NCBI GenBank assembly: GCA_015075645.1
Contig: JABTUF010000007.1
Span: 300,501 to 364,500, forward strand
Origin: Burkholderiales bacterium
Lineage (GTDB): Bacteria; Pseudomonadota; Gammaproteobacteria; Burkholderiales; Casimicrobiaceae
Direction of reading: 5' to 3'
DNA length: 64,000 bases
Below the pieces are notes generated by a model. The model searched no databases and was not told the DNA's origin. It was given only the letters and a program-made list of their open reading frames with translations. Shown here one piece after another: positions 10,261-17,415 of the stretch (within the stretch, counting starts at the first letter, position 1; each line of letters starts with the position of its first letter). Both the position numbers and the translations under genes were made by a program.

Positions 10261-11201
10261 TCACAGCAGCTGCCCTCTCGCCGACGCTGGCGGCGGCTCG
10301 GCGTCCGCGCCGAGCGAGACCTGCTGCATCAGCCGCAGTTCCGCCGCGGTCGGGGTGACGCGCCGCTGCGAGTGCCGCGGCGCCTCCTCACCGGTGAACA
10401 CCTTGCGCGGGAGTTCGCCGAACAGCGCGACCGCGGCGCGGACGCGCTGCCGCGCCGCATCGTCGGCGCCCGGGAGGAAGTCGCGCCGGCTCAGCGGGAG
10501 CATTTCCTCGCGCAACAGGTTGCGCTCCCAGCGGATCGGCTCCAGGAACAGCGCGCGCAGGCCGCGGCCGATGGCGCGAATCTCGGCCCGGCCCGCCTCG
10601 TCGCTCATGCGGTCCTTGAGCACGAGGGTCTTGACCATCCGCACGTGGTAGTCGAACTCGACGATCGCCTCGGCCGTCGCGTAGCCATATGGGCTGCGAA
10701 ACCCCAGCTCCACCGTGACGGGGCTGCGGGACGCGAGCACGGACAGTGCGAGCCCTCTACGGCGAAGCCGCTCGAACTCCGCCTCGCGCGCTTGGATGAC
10801 CTGGCCCATCTGCGCGCGGATGCCGGACAACGACTGGTAGACCCGGATCAGGATCCAGTCGGCGTAGGGGTTGTCGTTGGCCGAGAGGTACCAGATCGCC
10901 TTCAGCACCGCCGCGAAGCGCCGCCCGCCGGAATCGCCGGTGCGTTGCTCGCCGGATCGGCGGCGCGGCCGGTGAACATCCGGTACGCGTCCTGCGTGTG
11001 CAGGGTCATCGCGTCTGGCGTCTCGTCGACGAGCTGGCCCGCGGCGGGGCCGCGGTCCTCGCCGGCGCCGACTCGCGTAGCCATCGCGGGCTCGGCGTCG
11101 GTGACCGGGCCGAGTGAGGAAGGTGCTTCTTGTGCCGTCATGTCGGCCTCCGTGTGGGGGTGATCTCGCGTCGAATCGACGAGCGGACGCGACGTGCTCA
11201 T
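10261..11201 (-). pseudogene. PFL_4669-family ICE protein (TIGR03761-like); one frameshift near 10920
   Basis: The N-terminus is in ORF 10902..11201 (...MTLHTQDAYRMFTGRAADP...). The body is in ORF 10261..10908 (RRFAAVLKAIWYLSANDNPYADWILIRV...). The start overlaps the upstream stop (ATGA at 11198-11201). Confidence 0.6.
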
Positions 11202-11665
11202 GTCGGCCTGCCGGTGTTCATGCGCGTCTTGAGCTCGCCGAGCATCTGCCTGACCTTCTCGCGCTGGGCTCGTGCCCTGGCCTGGTACTCGGGCGTGGCG
11301 CGCTCGGCCGCGAGGCGCCGTTCCTCGGCTTCGCGTTCACGACGCTGAGCGGCGTCCTGCTGGCGCCGCGCGCGCGCGGCGGCCACGCGGGGGCCGAGCT
11401 CAGGGACGAAGCTGCCGGCGTCGGCGCGCGCGATGAGGCCGCGCAGGTACGCGACCGGGCTGCTGCGCACGCCGCCCATCTGCAGCCGGCCGGCAAGCTC
11501 GTCGAGCAGGGCCTGGGCGCGATCGCCGCAGGGGCGGAGCAGCACGCGTGCTGCCTGGCGCTCGTCCGGCAGCATCTGCTCGGGGAAGATCAACTCGCCA
11601 CCATCCACCACGGCGACCGGCGGATTCGCCGGCGGGGCTGGCGTTCTGTGGTTGTAGTGCTTCAC
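11198..11665 (-). CDS. conserved ICE-backbone hypothetical protein with Arg/Glu-rich C-terminal helix
   Basis: 155-aa ORF with a GTG start. It contains GELIFPEQML...AQALLDELAGRL...VAYLRGLIARA, and its position in the backbone operon is consistent with a backbone gene. Confidence 0.45.
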   Translation of the reverse strand: MKHYNHRTPAPPANPPVAVVDGGELIFPEQMLPDERQAARVLLRPCGDRAQALLDELAGRLQMGGVRSSPVAYLRGLIARADAGSFVPELGPRVAAARARRQQDAAQRREREAEERRLAAERATPEYQARARAQREKVRQMLGELKTRMNTGRPT

Positions 11666-12620
11666 CTGTACTGTGATTCATAAGAAGCGCGGCGCTTTGG
11701 GGTGAACCGTGTTCGCGGGTCGGGCCGAACTGTCGTGGCGGATTCGGCGTGGCAAGGCTGCGGGGATGCCACAGTCTTGAATCGCTCTTCGGTGGATCGT
11801 TGGCTGCGTGAACGTCTCGGTCTGGCTGCACGCCGCGCAGGTCGGCGTCGCCTGCCGGTGCGACCTCGTCCGTCAGCAGTGCCAGCAGGCAATCGAGCCG
11901 GATGCGCGCGACCAGGCTCGGCGGAATGCCGCGCAGGCACTCCTCCCAGAGCCCGGCGCGCACGAGGTCGCGGCGCGCCGTTTCCTGTTCGCGCCGGGTG
12001 AGCCCGAGCTCCTCGAACCAGCGCGCCGCCGAGCTGACGATCCACTGGTCGAGACGACGTCTGACCTGCAGCCGCGTGAGGTGCAGCGCGCGCGACAGCA
12101 TCAGCCCGGCATGCACGCCCCCAGCGACATCGACGAGCGTCCGGTGGAAAGCCACCGACGGGCCGAGCAGTTCCGCGAGCACGAGCTGGTCGTTCCAGTC
12201 CATCGCTTGCGACTGACCGGCGATGCGATCGGCGAGCTGCGCGCCGAGCTCGTCGAGCCTCAACCTGAAGTGCAAGCGCGCGGGAATGCCCATGCGCTGG
12301 TCTTCGAGGAGAGCTAGGCTGCGCAGCACCTCGCGCGCGTTGGCCTGTTCCTTCGCCGACAAGCCGGTCTCCATCGCCCATTGCTCAGCGGTCTTGTGGA
12401 ACCATCCGCCGGTCTCGGCGATGTCCCGACCGTGGCGCGTCCAGTAGATCGACTGCGACAGCAGGAGCGCCGCCTTCACGCTCGCAGTGAGGTCCACGAG
12501 TCGACGATGGAATGCGATGTGCCGGCCCAGCAGCGGCCAGATGAGCGACAGCGGTGCCGCGTCGACGACCGCCGACGCGGACCGTGAGTCCACGTGCTCA
12601 CGGCGCGCGTCTTCAGACAC
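11400..12620 (-). CDS. ICE/pathogenicity-island replication-protein-like (STY4526/YPO1902 type), two tandem domains; 3' end uncertain
   Basis: It carries two repeats of the motif LLLSQSIYWT...GWFHKTAEQWAMETGLSAKEQANAR...RMGIPARLHFRLR. The ORF tail runs about 265 nt into the next gene. A different frame stops at 11662-11664, overlapping the next GTG start (GTGA), so the true end may be near 11662. Confidence 0.5.
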   Translation of the reverse strand: MSEDARREHVDSRSASAVVDAAPLSLIWPLLGRHIAFHRRLVDLTASVKAALLLSQSIYWTRHGRDIAETGGWFHKTAEQWAMETGLSAKEQANAREVLRSLALLEDQRMGIPARLHFRLRLDELGAQLADRIAGQSQAMDWNDQLVLAELLGPSVAFHRTLVDVAGGVHAGLMLSRALHLTRLQVRRRLDQWIVSSAARWFEELGLTRREQETARRDLVRAGLWEECLRGIPPSLVARIRLDCLLALLTDEVAPAGDADLRGVQPDRDVHAANDPPKSDSRLWHPRSLATPNPPRQFGPTREHGSPQSAALLMNHSTGEALQPQNASPAGESAGRRGGWWRVDLPRADAAGRAPGSTRAAPPLRRSRPGPARRACRPAADGRRAQQPGRVPARPHRARRRRQLRP

Positions 12621-12641
12621 GGCAGATCTCTCCGCGGACTT

Positions 12642-13016
12642 TCACCGGCCCGCCGCTCCGGCATGGACCTGCAGTGCGCGCCAAACCGCGTCGGCGCGAA
12701 CTCGGAACCAGAGCTTGGCCGGCATGCCGACGCGGCGTTCTTCGAGCAGTCCCGAGCGCCGCAGGGCGCGCCGCGCGGTCTCCTGTTCCCAGCGCGTGAG
12801 CCCCGTCTCCTGTGTCCACTCCTCCTGGGAGCGAATGAACCACCCGTCGGCGGAGGCTTCCAGAGACTGGCTGGTCCAGATCGCCTGCGACAGCATCAAG
12901 GCCGAGGTGACGCCTCCGGTGATCGGCACGAGGCACCGATGAAAGCTCACCGGGACGTCGAAGACCTCGAGCAACAGCTGCGGCGTGATGCCGAGGCTCT
13001 CCATGCGCGCGTTCAT
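12642..13016 (-). CDS. single-domain paralogue of the STY4526/YPO1902-type ICE protein
   Basis: 124-aa ORF with LMLSQAIWTSQ...GWFIRSQEEWTQETGLTRWEQETARRAL...RVGMPAKLWFRV. ATGA overlap with the upstream gene. Confidence 0.55.
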   Translation of the reverse strand: MNARMESLGITPQLLLEVFDVPVSFHRCLVPITGGVTSALMLSQAIWTSQSLEASADGWFIRSQEEWTQETGLTRWEQETARRALRRSGLLEERRVGMPAKLWFRVRADAVWRALQVHAGAAGR

Positions 13017-13555
13017 GCGTCGGCCTCGAATTCACGCACGACCGCCTCCAGCACGGCGATCGGCACGTGCTGGAACTCCTGATGCAGCCGGTAGTAGCGG
13101 ACACGAGGCGCCGGATCGGCGATTGCCCGCCACGCCTGGTAGATGCGCTCGCGCGTCGCGTAGTCGGGCAGCCGCAACCGACCGGCCGGTCGCCTGGCGT
13201 CCAAGTCGCGGCGTCGCTTGAGCGTCAGCTTGCGCCGGAGCTTGAAGAGCGCGCTCATCAGGTGCGTCGACGCGCCGTGGCGGATGAAGTACGTCTCCAG
13301 CGCCTTCGCCTCGTTGACCAGGGCCACGGCGCGCAGCCCCGCCTTGAGCGCTGCGCCATCGAAGGCGACGCCGATCGTCAGACTGCGCATCGCGGCGAGT
13401 CGACCGAGATCGACGGCCGAGAGCTGCCGAAGATGGGCCAGCTGCTCCATCTCGATGCCGACCGCGTGAAGCTCGTCCAGCGCGGCGTCGGCCAAGCGCA
13501 CCGTCACGTGGTTGAGGAGGACCAGCCGTACCTGGGCGTCCTGCAGCGGGAGCAT
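13013..13555 (-). CDS. DUF2857-like ICE protein
   Basis: The start MLPLQDAQVRLVLLNHV lies inside ORF 13013..13765. Its ATG overlaps the parB-like stop (TGATG at 13553-13557). The family call is from memory. Confidence 0.45.
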   Translation of the reverse strand: MLPLQDAQVRLVLLNHVTVRLADAALDELHAVGIEMEQLAHLRQLSAVDLGRLAAMRSLTIGVAFDGAALKAGLRAVALVNEAKALETYFIRHGASTHLMSALFKLRRKLTLKRRRDLDARRPAGRLRLPDYATRERIYQAWRAIADPAPRVRYYRLHQEFQHVPIAVLEAVVREFEADA

Positions 13556-14907
13556 CACGCCTCCTCCGCTGCCGAAGCCGTCGTGCCCGCGGCACCCGGC
13601 TGCCGGCGAAGACCACCCGATCGCCTGGCACAAGCCAGCAGTTCCCAGAATGCCGTTGCCGACGGGTCGTCGGGATCGACGAGCCATTGCAGGAACGCCG
13701 GCGCCGCCGCGTTCGACGGCGCCGCGTCGGGCTCGAGCTGGCCGAGAAGCCCCGCAAGCAGACACCAGGCGCGATGGCGCGCCGGATGCTCCGCGTCGCC
13801 ATCGGCGAGCGTCGCGATGCGCAAGCCGGCTGCAGACTGCAGTTCGTGATCGACAACGCCGGCGATGCCGACGGTCTCCGCAAAGCGCCTTGCCCGCGTC
13901 AGCAGTTCGTCTGCCTCCGTGCCATCGCCGTCGGCAGAGGGGTCATGCGTCGAAGGCAAGGACGCGCCGGTAGCAGGAGTGCCGGCCACCGGCGCCGATG
14001 TACTCACCTGAGGCTCGCGGCCGCCCTTCGACCGAAGTCCCATGCGAAGCGAGTCGATGGGTTCGCCGAGGTGATGCGCCAAAGCGACTTCGCAGGCCTC
14101 GCAGGCGGCGGAGACGCTGAAGGCGCCGGTGTGCGGGTACTGCTGCGCGATCCGTCGAAAGACGGGTTCGAACACCTGGCCGTAGAGGTCGTCCTCCGTG
14201 ATCGAGCTTCGCGACTGGGCGTAGCGCTTCAGCGCGTTCAGTCGCGGCTGCATCGTCTTGACGTCGAGGCCGGAGAGATCGGTCACCGCCTCGCCGATGG
14301 TTCGCAACCGCTCGGTGGCGAAGAGATGCAGACCGAGCGTCGCGGTGTTCACCGCCAGGCCCAGCGCGTGGAGCGCGTCCTCCAGCGGCCGCAGCGTCAG
14401 GGTGCGGCCCTGCTCCCGTTCGAGACGAGACTTGAGCGCGACGATCCCGCACGCCTTGTCCCAGAAGGTCATCTCGCCGCGCTGTTCGTTCTCGATCAGG
14501 TGCGCGGTGAGGACGTGGCTCTCCGATCGCCACGGCCGAAACAGCACCACCAGCTTTCGGAAGCGCGGATCGCGCGTCTCGGCCCACAGTTGCCGCAACG
14601 CCAGCAGCCGCGTGTTGCCGCCGGCCTCGACTATGAAGTGCGACTCGCCGGGGCGGCGCGTCACCGTCAGCGGACTTCGCAGGCCACTGGTGCGGATCGA
14701 CTCCTTGATGTCGTCGAACTTCGCGTTCGACGCGCGCCGCGGGTTGTGCTCGTAAGGCTGGATCTCGTCGACGGCGAGCTCGATCTGCGATTCCGTTCGC
14801 GGATCACTCTGACCGGCGAGATCGCGGGCGTTGTTGCCCGGGTTTCCGACCCGCAACGACTCGGCCACCAGTCTTCGGCGCTCGTCGACCGACACCTTGC
14901 CGTTCAT
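13555..14907 (-). CDS. ParB-like protein of the PFGI-1-class ICE ParB family (TIGR03764-like)
   Basis: 450-aa ORF with a ParB/Srx-fold N-terminus: IQPYEHNPRR...IKESIRTSGLRSPLTVTRRPGESHFIVEAGGNTRL. It is coupled to parA by a 4-nt overlap. Confidence 0.7.
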   Translation of the reverse strand: MNGKVSVDERRRLVAESLRVGNPGNNARDLAGQSDPRTESQIELAVDEIQPYEHNPRRASNAKFDDIKESIRTSGLRSPLTVTRRPGESHFIVEAGGNTRLLALRQLWAETRDPRFRKLVVLFRPWRSESHVLTAHLIENEQRGEMTFWDKACGIVALKSRLEREQGRTLTLRPLEDALHALGLAVNTATLGLHLFATERLRTIGEAVTDLSGLDVKTMQPRLNALKRYAQSRSSITEDDLYGQVFEPVFRRIAQQYPHTGAFSVSAACEACEVALAHHLGEPIDSLRMGLRSKGGREPQVSTSAPVAGTPATGASLPSTHDPSADGDGTEADELLTRARRFAETVGIAGVVDHELQSAAGLRIATLADGDAEHPARHRAWCLLAGLLGQLEPDAAPSNAAAPAFLQWLVDPDDPSATAFWELLACARRSGGLRRQPGAAGTTASAAEEA

Positions 14908-15749
14908 GCCGACCGCTCCTCTGTACGCGAGTCGCCGGCGTGAACGCCCTGCAGGCTGGGAATCAGTTCCCAGGCGAGCTGGTGCATCACCGTGGACGCG
15001 CTCGGCATGACGCCGTCGCGTCGCGGCTCGTGCCGGTGCACCGGGATCCGCAGCGTGGCGGCCTCCTTGTAGGCCTTGGCGTGCGGCACGACGGTGTCGA
15101 GCACCGACACCCTGCCCTTCAGGCGGATGAAGTCCTCGCGGATGCCGCTCGCGATCAGGCGGGCGTCGGCCGTGCGGTCCTGCCGGTAGATCACCGCCTT
15201 TACCGGCCCGAGCGTGGCACCCAGGGCGCTGCCCGGCTCCAGCCGGTCGAGCAGTTCCATCGTGCCGTCCTTGAACTCGCGCGCCGATAGAACCTCCGGC
15301 GTGATCGGCGAGACGAGGATGTCGGCAGCCATGAGCGCCGCGTCCTGCAGCGGGCCGATGGCGCCCTGCGTGTCGATCAGGACGCAGTCATAGGCGTTCG
15401 CCACGACGGCGGCCTGCAGCGCGAAACGCAGTCGGAAGCCGCGGTCGATCCGGTTGAGCAGCCAGTTTGGAAGATGGCCCTCCGGGTCGTCCGACACGAC
15501 GATGTCGAGGTTCGGGAAGACCGTCGCCGTGATGCACGCGGCGGTCACCTCGCCGCGCAGGATCACCTCGGTGAGTCCGGCCGCCGGCTGCGGCGTCGCC
15601 AGTGGGAAGTACTTCGACAGCGAGGGCTGGACGTCCGCGTCCACGAGGAGGACGCGCAACCCCATGTCGGCGAGCAAGGCGCCGAGGTTGGCCGTGAGCG
15701 TCGTCTTGCCGACGCCGCCCTTGGTGCTGGTGACGGTGAACTTGATCAT
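14904..15749 (-). CDS. parA: ParA/Soj-type partition ATPase
   Basis: 281-aa ORF with the deviant Walker A motif TSTKGGVGKTT. Confidence 0.85.
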   Translation of the reverse strand: MIKFTVTSTKGGVGKTTLTANLGALLADMGLRVLLVDADVQPSLSKYFPLATPQPAAGLTEVILRGEVTAACITATVFPNLDIVVSDDPEGHLPNWLLNRIDRGFRLRFALQAAVVANAYDCVLIDTQGAIGPLQDAALMAADILVSPITPEVLSAREFKDGTMELLDRLEPGSALGATLGPVKAVIYRQDRTADARLIASGIREDFIRLKGRVSVLDTVVPHAKAYKEAATLRIPVHRHEPRRDGVMPSASTVMHQLAWELIPSLQGVHAGDSRTEERSA

Positions 15750-15780
15750 CGATTCCGTGCCGATTCAGGTCGGTCATCAG

Positions 15781-15813
15781 GCATACGGAATCGCGTGCAA
15801 AAGTGTCGGGCTA
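15781..15813. repeat. inverted-repeat copy A (GCATACGGAATCGCGTGCAAAAGTGTCGGGCTA)
   Basis: Matches the reverse complement of 16511-16543 at 27 of 33 positions by hand alignment. It lies in the sigma-parA spacer and overlaps the sigma-gene stop codon. Confidence 0.6.
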
Positions 15814-16401
15814 CTCCCTCAGATAGTCGCCAAGCCCCTGATCCGCGAACACCCGACGGATGCGTTTGATCTCCTCGTACAGGGTGCCGCGCGGGATTCG
15901 GAGCCGCTCGGCGGCCTCTTTGATGGTCAGTCCCTCCTCGCCGAGCATCTGGCACAACTGCCGCTGGATCGGTGTGAGCCGAGCCAGGGCGCGGCCAATG
16001 TCGATGCGTGCGTGCTGACGATCAACGACACCGGCTTCGTCCTGCTGGGCCGACTCGTCGTCGGCCAGCAGGTCGGCGAGCGTCAGGCCATCGTCCGAGC
16101 CGTCGAGCGCAGCATCGAGCGACAGTGCAACCTGCTCGCCCGCGCGCTTCTCGGCCGCCTGCTCGCGGATCAGATCCGTGAGTTTGTTGCGGATCACCTG
16201 GGCCATATAGGCCGTGGGCGGTGCCGCCGGATCGGGTGCGAGCTTCCGGCGCACCACGATCCAGTGCGCCAGGCACTCCTGGACCAGATCGTCGAACTCC
16301 TCTCGGGCGAGGCTTCGCGATCGCCTCCTGAACTCGCCCACCAGCTTTTTCGTGACCGCGATCTCCCATCGCTGGAGACCCTCTCCTGCCTTGAGCGCCA
16401 T
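15811..16401 (-). CDS. ECF-like sigma-70 family protein
   Basis: 196-aa ORF. It has a region-2-like segment (FDDLVQECLAHWIV) and a region-4 HTH (LTPIQRQLCQMLGEEGLTIKEAAERLRIPRGTLYEEIKRIR). Confidence 0.6.
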   Translation of the reverse strand: MALKAGEGLQRWEIAVTKKLVGEFRRRSRSLAREEFDDLVQECLAHWIVVRRKLAPDPAAPPTAYMAQVIRNKLTDLIREQAAEKRAGEQVALSLDAALDGSDDGLTLADLLADDESAQQDEAGVVDRQHARIDIGRALARLTPIQRQLCQMLGEEGLTIKEAAERLRIPRGTLYEEIKRIRRVFADQGLGDYLRE

Positions 16402-16405
16402 GGCT

Positions 16406-16431
16406 CTCCCCGTCGGTTGGCTGACGGGGAG
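16406..16431 (-). promoter_or_regulatory. perfect 9-bp stem that sequesters the Shine-Dalgarno sequence of the sigma-like gene
   Basis: The minus strand reads CTCCCCGTC-AGCCAACC-GACGGGGAG-AGCC-ATG. The GGGGAG arm ends 4 nt before the start codon at 16401. Confidence 0.35.
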
Positions 16432-16510
16432 GAGATCGAGCGGGGCTCAGCGGAAGGAAAAGAGCGACAGGCGACCTAATTCGTAGGGCCGACGAAGTAG
16501 CGGGGAGACG

Positions 16511-16543
16511 TATCCCGACACTTTTGCGCCGGATTCCGTACCC
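16511..16543. repeat. inverted-repeat copy B (TATCCCGACACTTTTGCGCCGGATTCCGTACCC)
   Basis: Partner of 15781-15813. It lies about 110 nt upstream of the sigma-like start. Confidence 0.6.
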
Positions 16544-16899
16544 GGATCCCAAGGGGCTTCGATAGATCTCGAAGGGCGGCGACGCATGGCGACAGACGCC
16601 AGGACGCCAAGGCGATGTCCCCCGGGGTTGCGAAGCGCCACGTCGGTGGCGGCTACGCGAGGTCGAAGGTGTGAAGAGTCGGTCGAGGGTTACCGCGCGG
16701 CACCCAGCGGGGCGTTACGCAGGCCTCTCGGCCAAGAACGGGGGTGCGAATGAAGCGCGGGAATCAGTTCACGGAAGTGGTGCGGGCCGTCGGCACCGCG
16801 AAGCAGCAGGCGACGCCTGCTGCACTCGACGGGGTCATCAACGACGACCGGGACGCCGACCGCAATGGCGCCGCGGCACTTCGGCAGGCGGCGCGTGAG

Positions 16900-17226
16900 A
16901 TGGAGCCGCCGGGCGCGTTCGACGCGCGAGCGATCCGGGATCTGCACAAGGCAGCGCCGACCGACCCCAAGGGACTGCGTCGCACGATCCGCCGCAGCGA
17001 GCTACGTCAGATCGTCCCGCTGGCGGATTCGACCATCTACGAGCTGGAGCGCCGCGGCGAATTCCCGCAGCGGTTCTACCTCACGACACGCTGCGTGGTG
17101 TGGGACCTGGCCGAGGTGATGGCCTGGCTGCAGAGCCGTCGGCAGGCCGGGAGCAACGGGGTGAAGAAGGCGGCGGTGCCGGACGTTCGAAGGAGGATGC
17201 GCCGGACGGTCGGCGCCAAAGGCTAG
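16900..17226 (+). CDS. AlpA-family phage/ICE transcriptional regulator (start uncertain, ORF opens at 16744)
   Basis: The C-terminal half of ORF 16744..17226 reads RRSELRQIVPLADSTIYELERRGEFPQRFYLTTRCVVWDLAEVMAWL. Confidence 0.6.
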   Translation: MEPPGAFDARAIRDLHKAAPTDPKGLRRTIRRSELRQIVPLADSTIYELERRGEFPQRFYLTTRCVVWDLAEVMAWLQSRRQAGSNGVKKAAVPDVRRRMRRTVGAKG

Positions 17227-17415
17227 TGTTGCGATTCCCGCTAGCGACCATTCCGCTCACCACAGCACCCAGAGCGATGACCCTGAGACGCGAACCGGCG
17301 CCATCAGCGGTGCGATGGGCCGCAGTGCGAGTTACAGCGGACGGCGAAGGTAGACCTGGGATCGGCAGGGGACGGCCAACGGCAGACATTCGCGCCCGCG
17401 CAGGCAAGCAGTCAG

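Larger units (their letters stand above)
1..17226. mobile_element. segment of an ICEclc/PFGI-1-family integrative conjugative element (parA-proximal end plus accessory modules); continues beyond the left edge
   Basis: The call rests on the gene content and order listed above, all backbone genes being co-oriented and coupled. The right boundary, inferred only from gene content, lies somewhere between 15.8 and 17.4 kb. Confidence 0.65.

Noticed and set aside
17276-17296. Possible att direct repeat matching 23317-23340 next to guaA
   Set aside because: The match covers only ~19 positions and needs three gaps. A second short similarity nearby is in the wrong relative order. It is not distinguishable from chance in GC-rich DNA, so it is kept as a note in a finding and not as a feature.
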